The notes: generated by a model not told the origin, from the sequence alone. 64,000 bases of DNA from an uncultured Nitrososphaerales archaeon (GCA_963709405.1 CAVPXM010000055.1:224001-288000); one strand, 5' to 3'. Counted from the stretch's first letter, positions 47,759-58,712 are shown. A program made the numbers and translations.

Positions 47759-48055
47759 TCAGTAGTTATACCTACGCCGATCATGTTCGTCTGGAGGACC
47801 GTAGTCTTCCTTCTTTTTGAAATATCCCCACCATATCAAGATCGAACCCCCTATTATCATTGCTATCACAAATTTTTCATTTGTAATTTCGGGATTTGTA
47901 TATCGTGCTAACGCAGATTCAACCGAAATGTTAGTGGTGATGAAATAGAAGTTCCTAAGAGCTATAACAGCTGCCATCAGTATAAACAATACACCCATAG
48001 CTGTCATCCAGTTCTTACGCTGATGTACATCCCTATCACCCCGATCGAATCTCAT
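47759..48055 (-). CDS. Small two-TM membrane protein
   Basis: Two hydrophobic helices; starts 3 bp after the npdG stop. Confidence 0.75.
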   Translation of the reverse strand: MRFDRGDRDVHQRKNWMTAMGVLFILMAAVIALRNFYFITTNISVESALARYTNPEITNEKFVIAMIIGGSILIWWGYFKKKEDYGPPDEHDRRRYNY

Positions 48056-48058
48056 TGG

Positions 48059-48736
48059 CTATTCCACCAATTTCAATCCGGGGTTTTTTAACTTATTTTT
48101 CTTAGCTGCATTAAGTAACATAGGTGTCAGGATTTCGGCTTGGTAGGTCATAGATAATGGTCCCAAATAGATTAGTCTCAAACCATTAATTTCCGATACT
48201 AACCTACTTAGAATTGCCACGCTTTTATCATCATCTCCACAAACGAATGTATCTGCATCCAGACTCATTCCAATTTTCTTCAATTTAACTTCAGAGATTG
48301 TGTGAAATGCTGAAAGCACTCTACCTCTGGGAGGAAGATTATCTGCTACTAATTCAGCTGCGGGTTTTAAATTTTGTTCTATAGGAATATATATGAATCC
48401 CGAGTCTGTTCTAGTCATCGGTACGATAGGCGATACGACTATACAATTGTCATTTATAGTATCCTTCAGCTTCCCGCATGTTTCGACGATTGAATCGTAA
48501 GGAATTGAGAGCAATAGAATATCTGAACGCTTTGACAGTGAAATATTGTCATCCCCACTGATAGAGCCTTTAAAATTGTTACCGTATTTGGTATTGGCAA
48601 TGTCTGTGTAAGTCTTAGCCGATTCAGAAGCCCTGGCGGCATCTCTCGAGCCTATAATGATATTATGCGTCGGGCACCATCTGAGAGCAAATCCTTCCCC
48701 CATTCCGCCGGTTCCGCCTATTATACCGATCCTCAT
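48059..48736 (-). CDS. npdG: NADPH-dependent F420 reductase (F420H2:NADP+ oxidoreductase)
   Basis: IGIIGGTGGMGEGFALRW, IGSRD, SAFHTIS, VCGDD, GPL. Confidence 0.92.
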   Translation of the reverse strand: MRIGIIGGTGGMGEGFALRWCPTHNIIIGSRDAARASESAKTYTDIANTKYGNNFKGSISGDDNISLSKRSDILLLSIPYDSIVETCGKLKDTINDNCIVVSPIVPMTRTDSGFIYIPIEQNLKPAAELVADNLPPRGRVLSAFHTISEVKLKKIGMSLDADTFVCGDDDKSVAILSRLVSEINGLRLIYLGPLSMTYQAEILTPMLLNAAKKNKLKNPGLKLVE

Positions 48737-49343
48737 ATAGTGATCCAGCTGGCGAAGAAATCGTTATTAAGCTTTTTGAGGGACAACCCAGGACATTACT
48801 ATCTCATCCAAATTAATTAAAGCGAGGCCTAAATTTTTTTAGGAAGCCACGCGCGAGTCTACCTAGTAATAACATACATCAAATGGACTTTTGTTAACAA
48901 TACTTAAAACGCCGAGTGTTATGGATTCGAGACAGGTCTGCAAAAGGAAAGTTTCTGCCTCGTCTTGTCAACTATTATGAGCCTTGCATAATCAGTCCTG
49001 TCTTGTGGGTATTACCTTCATGAGCTCTTTATTCTAGCTTGGAAAAAATTGCAGAAATATTCTTTGGTTTATTGATTTACTCAACGGCTTTTGGTTGACT
49101 GACGTATCGCTAACGAATTGGTATTAGCTGAATTGTCATGAAATCTGAATCGAATGAATCAAAGTATTAGCACAACTGAAATATCTGCGACCTTGGTATC
49201 AATCCGATCATATCAGAAGTTAATAATAATGATAACTTTGAATTTCAGACGATACCTCAAATAAGTAAGTACGAATTACCGCCAAGATTACTACCAAGAT
49301 TACTAACCATACCACGGTAGATCTTTCCAACGACTCAAGAACA

Positions 49344-50295
49344 TCATACTAAGGGGTTGGAATTTACGATTTCATCTAGACATTTAACAATGTCTTGTTT
49401 AGTCACAGCTATAGGATTATTATCCAGATGTCCTTTATCTGGCATAATTACGTCAGCAGCTTCATCAAGATTCAATTTTAGCTTGAGTGGATCGAACTGA
49501 AGCTTCTGACAGATTTTCTTGAATCGCTCATAATATATGGACTTGTCAAATTTGTGAGCTACTGTCGTACATGCTGAAAGTGCATAACCATGTGGAGTGC
49601 CTTCGTTTGAGAATACATAGGACAAGGCGTGTCCAAGTGTAGTGGATGAGTTACCAAATCCAATTCCAGATAACATAGCCCCGTAGGGAAGCAGATTATG
49701 TTTGTCATGAAGAATTGCATCTTCGAGAACATCAAACGCTTCTTTGCAAAATAATTTGGTGAATGGATTACTGAGCTTGCTATCGTATGCTTCGGACGCC
49801 TGAGCTGCGGCATCGCATGCAGAATTTCTCATGATAGGGTATGGAGTCCCAGGCAAAAAATAAGGATCAACGATCGCAGCGTCTGCGAGAAATGCTTCAT
49901 CTTGGAGCAGCTTCTTTTTATGGTCAAAACTGACTACAGCGTATGTGGTCATCTCTGCTCCTGTACCAAACGTTGTTGGTATAAGGATTTTAGGAATTGA
50001 TGTCAATTTTCCAAGATATTTACATACGTCCATGGAGTCTGCCCCCGCCCAATCCAATGTAAGCAGAAATATCTCTTCCTTCAAACTCCTTTCGTACCTT
50101 TTCTATGACTTCAATTGACGGATCGGGGGTTACTTTATCATATACTTCATAGTTTTTGATTCCCATGTAGCCGATCCATTTGTTGTAGATATCTGGTGTA
50201 GTAGTAGTGATAATTAGAGATTTATCGGGGTATTCAAAGTGTTGAGCTGCATTTTCACCAAAAACAATTTTTCGTGGTGTCAAAACTTTCCACAT
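49344..50295 (-). CDS. Fe-containing alcohol dehydrogenase, likely malonic semialdehyde reductase of the 3HP/4HB cycle (Nmar_1110-like); frameshift at ~50038
   Basis: GLGGGSSMD (restored), IPTTFGTGAEMT, TTLGHALSYVFSNEG, PHGYALS, DKGHLDNNP; similarity to the N. maritimus enzyme is from memory. Confidence 0.8.
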
Positions 50296-50524
50296 AGAGA
50301 ACTGAGATATTACACGACAGTATATATTTTGCGGACATAATTAGACCTATCCTCAAACTTTAGCTGGATATGCTTCAATATGTAAATTGGGAACGGTTAA
50401 ATCTGTAAGCTAACTAATCTCATTGTCAAAGCAATAACGGATTCAAAGAAGATTTGTCAGATTCTTACAAATCCAATAATTAGAAATATTTGTGATTTGA
50501 CAGGTCAAGGACGAGTCGATGCAA

Positions 50525-51049
50525 TCAAGCCTTACCGAATCTTCCATGATTAGATGAGTTATCTCTTGAATTGAGAATTTTACCTGTACGACTCGGTGAG
50601 GTGGATGAATTTATGACGGTGTCCGACCCAATCACCCCGTATGCGTATAACACAGTCATCAACGTCATTGAAAAAAGTGCTAGACCTACTCCCAGGTGAA
50701 CGGTTACTAATATAGCATGCAATTTCTCTACGATTACAATTCCACCTAGGCTTACCTGGGCTAAGGCCAAGATTGTTGCAATAACTGATGATAGTTGTAT
50801 AGATCTAGGTAAAGCGCTGCGATACTTCATTATAGATATCATGGTTAAGAATATAAGCACAGAAGTAGTTATGGCGACAGTTCGGTGAAAGTATTCTATA
50901 ATAAATTCCTTCATAGGGATCAATCCCTTGGGACATAGTGGCCATTTAGGGCAGGTTAATCCGACACCAGATGCACTTACGTACCCACCAATAAACATTA
51001 GAGTGAACAGGGATACTATGCTAGATAAAGAAAGAATCTTTACGAGCAA
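50525..51049 (-). CDS. ctaA: Heme A synthase (short CtaA/Cox15)
   Basis: GVGLTCPKWPLC, EYFHR, LVTVHL. Confidence 0.9.
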   Translation of the reverse strand: MLVKILSLSSIVSLFTLMFIGGYVSASGVGLTCPKWPLCPKGLIPMKEFIIEYFHRTVAITTSVLIFLTMISIMKYRSALPRSIQLSSVIATILALAQVSLGGIVIVEKLHAILVTVHLGVGLALFSMTLMTVLYAYGVIGSDTVINSSTSPSRTGKILNSRDNSSNHGRFGKA

Positions 51050-51070
51050 AGAAATTCAGACCATGTTAGA

Positions 51071-51349
51071 TCACGTGGCTTTTAATATTCCAGTCATGTA
51101 AGGATGTACAGTACAGTGAAATGGATATTGTTGTCCAGATGATAACTTTGACGTATCGACTTTGGCTGATTCACCTGCGTTAATTATACTTGTATCAAAT
51201 AACTTGCCAGAGTTTGGATCATCAGGTCCCTTCCCATTTGTAACAGTATGAGGTACAGAATCTTTATTTACTACTTGTACAACATTGCCCTTTTTGACAC
51301 TAATTGGATCGGGGCTATAGGCTGGGTTTCCTTGTATTGAAGCGCCTTG
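51071..51349 (-). repeat. Direct repeat copy 1 (cupredoxin domain, 279 bp)
   Basis: 272/279 identical to 53649-53927 by manual alignment. Confidence 0.95.
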
Positions 51350-51989
51350 AAGAATGGATAGTGAGGGTCCAGAAACAGCAACAGTTTTTCCAGCTGCTCC
51401 GCCTGCTCCAGACGCAGGAGTTACAGTAAGTTCAGCAGTCATGTACGGATGGATCATGACAATAGTAGGGAATTATATCGCCAACCTTAGCTCCTTTAAG
51501 AGTTTGTGGCGTTGAACTTTCACCATTATTAATAATCTTCGTGTCAAAGATTTTTCCTGAATTTGGATCTGAGGGGCCTTTACCCGAAGTAGCAGTATGT
51601 GGTACGTTGTCCTTATTTTGCCATACTATTTTTGCGTCGATTGGTACTTTCGTGTTTACTGGGCTAAAGGCAGGATTACCTTGTGTAGAAGCGCCCTGCA
51701 ATATCGTGATAGTTGTGGCTCCAGCGACCGGAGCAGAAGGTGCTGGTTTGGATTGTTGTGGAGCATTAGTTAGCAGAGGATTATTAATTGATGTAACTGT
51801 GCCTGTACCCTCGAGGTTGCCCGACTTCTGTTGTATGGATGATGCGGCAGGTGGGTTTTTAGCCATATTATGCCAATTTGGAATAGCTATAGCTGCGCCA
51901 ATTGCCATAACAATCACTACTATGGCAATACCTTGCGCCATGCGTTTGCCAGTGGTTCTAATGATGTGGTTCTCGTCTTCTGTAGTCAT
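51071..51989 (-). CDS. Membrane-anchored two-domain blue (type-1) copper protein, frameshift at ~51459
   Basis: N-terminal TM; domain 1 VPHTAT...YC(M)IHPYM; domain 2 VPHTVT...HCTVHPYM. Confidence 0.9.
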
Positions 51990-53482
51990 AGTATTCTTCA
52001 CCTATTGCAAATGGATCCTTCATGTCCGCATGCTTACCACTAGGCAGCGCTTTTCACCAGATTAACTATCATTATTATGTACGAGGGTCCGACAAGAAAT
52101 GCTCCAATTGTTGCAAGCTGATTCATTATGATGTATTGAGGTATAGGCAGATAGTCAAATACCCTCCTTGGCATGCCATACAGTCCTAATAGATGTTGCA
52201 CCATAAAAACCAAAATGATGCCTACGAAAGCCAATATGAAGTGTATCTGCGCCCACTTTTCATTGTACATTCTACCTGTAATGAGCGGGAATAGATAGTA
52301 GATAAAACCAGTGAAGGTAAGTGAAACAGTGCCCATTAGCAGCAAATGAAAATGACCAACCACAAAATAGCTGTCATGTGTTATAAAATCAAGCGGCATA
52401 GCAGTGTTTACCACGCCACCTGCTCCAGAGGCAAAAAATAACATAATTCCACCCACTCCAAAAAGCATAGGCGCAGCAAACTTGATTCTTCCTCCCCACA
52501 TTGTAGCAATCCAATTAAAAACGTGCATTGATGATGCAGGGACGGCAGCAAGGGTTCCGACCATGAAAACTGTCTTCTCAGTAAAACTCATTCCTGTCGC
52601 AAACATGTGATGAGCCCAAGATGCGAAGCCTATCGTACCTAGCAATACGAAAGCTACCACTGCTGATTGATAGCTGAATATCGGCTTTCTTGAGAATTTC
52701 GGGATAAATTCATAAAGCATCCCCACAGCTGGAATCAGGAATATGTACACTTCTGGGTGGAACGTGAACCAGAACATATGTTGATAAGCAATTGGATCTC
52801 CCCCTAAAGCCGGATTAAAGAAGCCAGATATTCCTAGTCTATCAGTATACATCATGATAAGTGCAGCAGCCACTGTTGGCATAGATACTATTATCATAAA
52901 TGAAGTAACCAAAATGGCCCAGACGAACAGCGACACCTTCATAAGCGGAAGGTCTGGATGTTTCATCTTCAAAATGGTGACTATAAAGTTTATCGAGCCC
53001 AATATTGATGAAATGCCCAATATCTTAGCTCCAAAGATCCACATATCTGCAGCTGGTCCGGGAGCACGAATCACCGAATAAGGTGCATATGCAGTCCATC
53101 CAGTGTCGGAAAAACCTAGCCATATTAGGGCAGCTGCTACAGGTATCATCCAAAAAGCCACAGCATTGAGCTTAGGCCATGCCATATCTTTGTACCTCAC
53201 CATTACTGGGATGAGGTAGTTCCCAACACCTGCAGCAAATGGAATAACCCAAAGCAAAAGCATATTTGTTCCATGAACTGTGAAGAATCTTTCGAAATCA
53301 CTAGCATTTGGGAAAATTTGTGCTCCGGGTAGCCACAATTCTGCCCTTATAACAAGGGCTAGAGCCCCACCCATCATTAGAAACGCAATGGATGAAATTA
53401 TGTAGAGTAACCCAATATCAGTATGGTGAGTCGAGAACAGGATTTCCCACATTGGTCTTGGTTTCCTAACTTCTAATACCAA
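51958..53482 (-). CDS. coxA: Heme-copper oxidase subunit I, C-terminal frameshift at ~52043
   Basis: HTDIG, TVHG, GWTAYAP, FHPEVY, WAHHMF, GHFH, GMPRR. Restored C-terminus SGKHADMKDPF...YRRREPHH*. Confidence 0.97.
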
Positions 53483-53648
53483 CTCAACAATCCACCTATT
53501 TTATTATACATTGAAAACATATCAATAAAAGGATTTTGGTTTATAATTATGAGATTTTCAATTGATGAGCAAATTATGATTCCGCAAAATTAGTTCCTTT
53601 ATATATCGTGTCACTCAGTCCATCTTACAACGTAGCAAAAAAATGGTT

Positions 53649-53927
53649 TTACGTGGCTTTTAATATTCCAGTCATGTAAGGATGTACAGTACAGTGAAAT
53701 GGATATTGTTGTCCAGATGATAGCTTTGACGTATCGACTTTGGCTGATTCACCTGCGTTAATTATACTTGTATCAAATAACTTGCCAGCGTTTGCATCAT
53801 CAGGTCCCTTCCCATTTGTAACAGTATGAGGTACAGAATCTTTATTTACTACTTGCACAACATTGCCCTTTTTGACACTAATTGGATCGGGGTTATAGGC
53901 TGGGTTTCCTTGTATTGAAGCACCTTG
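53649..53927 (-). repeat. Direct repeat copy 2 (cupredoxin domain of CoxB, 279 bp)
   Basis: 272/279 identical to 51071-51349. Confidence 0.95.
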
Positions 53928-54479
53928 CATAACAGTAAGGGTTGCACCAACAGGTCCACTAACGTTAGTAGTGGATACATTACCGGCTGCTCCACCACTT
54001 GCTGGTGAAGCTCCTTCCGAAGATGCTGATTTCGCTTGTCCAGCAGTCGCACTGGCCGCGTTAGGAGGCTCTACAAAAAGTTTTGCACGCATATTATAAT
54101 GCAACAAGCCACAATATTCCCTACACTGTATAAGGTACTGCCCAGGCACGTCAAACATGTTCCATACTGTATTTACTCTACCAGGAACGGCATCCATTAA
54201 TACAGTAAAATCTGGAATATTAAAGCTGTGAATCACATCCTTTGAAACTACTTCAAACCTGTAAGGAATGCCTTGTTTCACATGCAACTCGCCGATCTCT
54301 TTCGTTCCGTCGGCATGTTCAAATGTCCAAAACCATTGTTGTCCTGTAACCTTAATTATTTGAGAATTAGGCGGTATTGCCTCTATTTGGTGTTCAATGT
54401 TCCAGGCATCTGCACCAACCCAAACCAATAGAGCAACGACGGCGCCGATGTACACCCATTCATATATTGCATGACTCAT
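53649..54479 (-). CDS. coxB: Heme-copper oxidase subunit II with fused C-terminal type-1 cupredoxin
   Basis: GQQWFW, DVIHSF, VPGR, CuA motif CREYCGLLHYNM, then a linker and PHTVT...HCTVHPYM. Confidence 0.95.
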   Translation of the reverse strand: MSHAIYEWVYIGAVVALLVWVGADAWNIEHQIEAIPPNSQIIKVTGQQWFWTFEHADGTKEIGELHVKQGIPYRFEVVSKDVIHSFNIPDFTVLMDAVPGRVNTVWNMFDVPGQYLIQCREYCGLLHYNMRAKLFVEPPNAASATAGQAKSASSEGASPASGGAAGNVSTTNVSGPVGATLTVMQGASIQGNPAYNPDPISVKKGNVVQVVNKDSVPHTVTNGKGPDDANAGKLFDTSIINAGESAKVDTSKLSSGQQYPFHCTVHPYMTGILKAT

Positions 54480-54767
54480 CTAGCGATGAGCACCCTCCAT
54501 AGATGTTCTAGGTTGATTCTTCTTGTTAGATTCTCTAAACCTCCAAGCGACGTAAACAATAGCTCCTTGGACCAAAGCACCTACAACGAATGCTGCTACC
54601 ATACCTCGATAGAACAAAGCCCAGATCTCTACCCTCCTATCAATGATGAAACTCGATGGTGATTGTTGGGCAAAGGCGTGACCAACTGTTATGCTGAGGA
54701 GTAATGCGACTAAGGGAAACATTATTAGTACTATGAGCCATAGATGAGCATTTGATTTTGATATCAT
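54480..54767 (-). CDS. Small membrane protein at the head of the cox operon (CoxII N-terminal TM-like)
   Basis: Signal peptide ending AFA, then IWALFYRGMVAAFVVGALVQGAIVYVAWRFRE; stop directly abuts the coxB start. Confidence 0.8.
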   Translation of the reverse strand: MISKSNAHLWLIVLIMFPLVALLLSITVGHAFAQQSPSSFIIDRRVEIWALFYRGMVAAFVVGALVQGAIVYVAWRFRESNKKNQPRTSMEGAHR

Positions 54768-54832
54768 TATCTAATCCTCTTTGTCTTGCCTCATAAAGCT
54801 TTGTAAATGATATTTAAGGTTTTTCATAAGAT

Positions 54833-55822
54833 GGATCTGTAGAAACCATCTTTTGAATACGGTTAGAGATTTGTAGAAGCATAATCCAATATGGATGTTG
54901 AAAGAATCAAGATATGTTAGGCTGGCTGGCAAATACTATGTAGCGTATTTTAAGAAATTCAAGGATATCGTTCTTTCTTCGCAGGAAGAGCAACCATGTC
55001 TTCACGATGTGGAAGCATCCAGTATTGCCCACAATAAGACAGTACGAAGGTAAGAAAGAGGTATAGTATGTTTATCAAATGGCTGGTTAGTTGAAGCGCA
55101 TTACCTAAGATTATTTCTACGATTATCACGTATTGCCCACTTTACAACATTTCAGAAGTTTACAGACAGAATTAACTATTCATTACTCGAAAAGATAATT
55201 TCGTCATTTATTGTAATTAGCGGTACCAAGCGTATCTTTGTAGGAATAGATAGACTCGACAGGATTCAAGAAAGAATGATAACTCATGCTTCGCTGCACT
55301 ATTATTCTGCGCGAACAGGAAGGAGAAGAAAATATGCGAAATTATCTAATGGAGCTGACGTATTACAGCAAATTATATGTAACATAAGGATAAGAAGAGC
55401 TCCAACAAGACATGATAATAATATAGATTTTAAACCAATTGTAAAGAGGATTGCAAATACCCTTCCATTATCTATGGTTACAGGTGACGAGAGTTACGAT
55501 AGGAGTGAAGACAATCATCTTTTGGTAAGAGATGACTTATGCATTCCGTATAATCCCAGCTCGATATGAACATGTACCAATATGGAGAACACATGGTAAA
55601 TATATATAGGAAACAGATGAAGCGCGGCTATTCCAAATTATTGTAGAATCAACGAAACAAGAAGGATGAAACCATAATGTCAGTTATAAAACGACTGTCT
55701 GGAGATCATCTTATGTTTAGATTGACTAGAACACAGAACAGGGGATTTTCATTAAGATGCATAACCTACAACATGCATAGACTGACTAATCTTATAAAAT
55801 TGATGATGTTTTCTACAAAGCC
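54833..55822 (+). mobile_element. Decayed IS5-like (DDE_Tnp_1) element
   Basis: TIRs ggatctgtagaaaccatc (54833-54850) and gatgttttctacaaagcc (55805-55822), 15/18 match. Broken transposase remnants DSTGFK, RRAPTRHD, VTGDESYD, ETIMSVIKRL, ITYNMHR. Confidence 0.85.
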
Positions 55823-55987
55823 CATAGAATATGAACTTCGCCAAAATGAAGTGATGACGACTCAGAGATTTGTAGAGGTAGACATCTATTTAGTAGAACA
55901 AGAGATTGATTGAATGGATAGGTAGTAGTAAGGTTGCATGGCACTACTACTTGTTCGAGATCGATCGACAATGACTTCCTGAACAAC

Positions 55988-57167
55988 TCAAGTAACATGG
56001 ACTAAATGTGCCTGTAATTGCTTTTTCTCCCACCTCATAAGATATATAATTCCTACAACCAGGCACGCTTCTAATACCTTATCCAAGATTCCACCCAGGT
56101 CAATGTCTTCAGGGGAATTATTTGGTGACAAGGGAGGTGGTAATACGATTGAATAAATATATAGGCCAAGTAAGACACCCGTACCGAGTAATCCAAAAAG
56201 GTTCAAGACTAAGGTCTTCCTGTAATATGCCACGGCGAAATGAACGCTAGTGATGCCTAAGCTGCCGACTGCTGACAGTAAGAAGAGTGTACAACATACC
56301 ATATGCAAATTGACAGCCACCTGCAACGAGTAGAAAAATACTGTACTCTATCCTCAACGATCCATGATCCGCGTAGACAGCCAAATGGACAAAGCCTGCT
56401 GCTATAGCTAGCAGCATGATAATGTATTTTAATACATATTTATTCTCAGGCTCGCCTAGGGTACCCGTTTTACTCTTTCGGTTCCTGTAGGCTAAACCCA
56501 AAATGATCCCGAAGACAACTATGATACCTACTACTCCCACGGAGACCGCCCCGACAAAAATATCTCCGAATGTATTCGTCACCGAAATATTGAATACGCC
56601 TCTATCGCAATTGCAACCTTGATTACTACTCAGGATATCTCTCGGAGGACTAGTTGTTCCGATCTGAGGTTCAGTCTTATCTTGATTGTCGGAAATACTC
56701 AAGACTAATTGGTAATTGCCTACCTGTCTAAATGTATGATAAAGGTCAAAGTCACCAGACGTCCTCATGGTCCAAGGATAAGCTGCAATCCTCTCACCAG
56801 TCCTCTCGGAATATATTTCAACCATTGTCAAAATACGATGCCTTACGTCATTCCCATTATAATCTTGAATGCTAAAGCTCATCCTAGCAGGTTGATTAGT
56901 AGGCGTATATTCGGGATCAATTGCCTGGTACACGTAATAATTCCCTATCCCCAAACCGCTGCCATTGTAATGCGGGAGGTGCGCGAAGTGAGCAAAGGCG
57001 GTTTTAATTAGCGGCGTCGGCAACAAGAAACATATGAGCATGATCGAGAGTGATAAACTTAGAAGGAATTTATTGCCAAAAATATATGATATTCTGGCCA
57101 TTACGAATGTAATCCTTCCACCTAATATAATTTGTAATGGGATAAATGTAGGGTTACACTCCATCAC
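55988..57167 (-). CDS. Multi-pass membrane protein with extracellular Ig-like domain and His motifs, frameshift near 56270
   Basis: Signal ending AFA followed by HFAHLPH; beta-rich domain; TMs with GFVHLAVYADHG; C-terminal TMs lie in the 55988-56326 frame. Confidence 0.7.
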
Positions 57168-57262
57168 ATTAAACTTGAACTCTAATACTTTGGCTTATTA
57201 AAGAAACGTGACAATTTGAACGACCAAGGCTCAGTGGGCGTTGCTTATTTATCAAAATTGAA

Positions 57263-57886
57263 CTAGTCTTTGATGTACCGATCCATGTTCATCACATTCA
57301 CTCCGAATAAAGAGTAGAGATTACCTTCGTTTTTTAATATCGTGAGAGAAGCATTCCTGATATGCCATCGATATAGTACTTCAGGGGTTAGATCAAGTAA
57401 CGTTGATATCGCTGCCTTAATGGGATCCAAATGAGTGACCATTAAAATATTCTCATCTGTATAATTCACCCTGATCTCGTTTAAAAGACTGTTCACGCGT
57501 TCCTTTACCGATGTAAAAGTCTCAACGCCACACTTAACCAAAAATGGATCCTGTTCCGCATAAAATTTAAGAAACAAGTTTCCATATTTATTAATAATCT
57601 CTTCGTAATTCATCCCCACCAATATTCCAAGGTCTATTTCATACAAACGTTCGTCGATTTCATAAGAAGTCCCAAGGATTTTAGAGACGATCTCCGCAGT
57701 TTCTATTGTTCGAATGACTGGGCTAGCATATATTTTTTCGATTGGAACATCTTGAAAAAATCTAGCCGCTTCGGCAACCTGTTGTCTGCCGTAAGAAGTC
57801 AAGTGGGATTCTAAGTGTCTGCCCACCAGTACTCTATTAACATTGTTTTCAGCTTCTCCATGTCGCATAAGTATCGCCAAAGCCAA
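57263..57886 (-). CDS. Histidine phosphatase (phosphoglycerate mutase) family protein
   Basis: LMRHGEAENN, ASPVIRTIETA, LYEIDLG, MVTHLDP. Confidence 0.92.
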   Translation of the reverse strand: MALAILMRHGEAENNVNRVLVGRHLESHLTSYGRQQVAEAARFFQDVPIEKIYASPVIRTIETAEIVSKILGTSYEIDERLYEIDLGILVGMNYEEIINKYGNLFLKFYAEQDPFLVKCGVETFTSVKERVNSLLNEIRVNYTDENILMVTHLDPIKAAISTLLDLTPEVLYRWHIRNASLTILKNEGNLYSLFGVNVMNMDRYIKD

Positions 57887-58571
57887 GCCGTATTCTCTGT
57901 TAAATAAATATCTATGAGTATTAATATCCTATGTAAATTCTCGTGATCTACCTTCTACCGAACAATCTCTTGCCTATGAGCGAGCCATAAATTCGACAAA
58001 ATATCATTGTCATTACAGTGTAAGAGATTAGTTGCATGTTAAAGTGTCATTTTAGCCCCAGGCAGATAAATCCAAATCCTCCCGCGGAATATTAAACCCC
58101 TACCAACTAAAGATGATGAGCGGATGAACAATATTTAGTAACCCAATTTGACCTTATTGAGCCTCCACATAATGCTAATGTCGTTGAATTACCACTAGAC
58201 TGCATTACGACCAACGCCTAAGCTTCACGGTCTTTGATTACTCTCCCCGACCATGCCATCTTGGTCCAGACCCTAGTATCAAGTTACAAATCTTCTGATT
58301 CTAATTTTTCATTCCATTCCATTATCATTGATGACAATCTGTCTTGTTTACTGAATCGAGACCCGCCAGGAAAGGTAGCAGGAAATTATAACAAGAAGCA
58401 TAAAACTATTAATTCAATCTTTGGGTATATTGGGTATGTTATTTCAAACCCATTCAAATAGAAGATAGTGTGTCCCGAGTTTACATTATGGCTTATTTGA
58501 GGCGATACATTGTTATCATCCTTGACCGTGTTAGTAATACTAAAATAGGATAGCTTCTGTAATCCTATCAA

Positions 58572-58712
58572 TTAGAAGCCGCCAAATGGGTTTGGATTCG
58601 ATTGACTATCACTTTCACCTCTTTCGCTGTGTGCTTTCCTTTCGTGTCTTTTTAATCTATCCTTTCCCTCAAATTTCATATTGCAGTATTTGCATTTGAT
58701 TAGCGCGTTCAT
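58572..58712 (-). CDS. Small C2H2 zinc-finger protein
   Basis: CKYC...F...L.RHERKAH. Confidence 0.8.
   Translation of the reverse strand: MNALIKCKYCNMKFEGKDRLKRHERKAHSERGESDSQSNPNPFGGF

Noticed and set aside
49282-49305. 12-bp tandem duplication CCAAGATTACTA x2
   Set aside because: Only two units; likely local slippage.
24465-53482. Calling lysC, hisD, aspS, gatA, gatB, coxA etc. pseudogenes
   Set aside because: These are essential genes with intact motifs and only single-base shifts in recurrent contexts, so sequencing error is more likely.
58358-58382. SRP RNA helix-8-like string (CCAGGAAAGGTAGCAGG)
   Set aside because: Spacing does not fit the CAGG-stem-GNRA-stem-AGCA motif, and the context is AT-rich.
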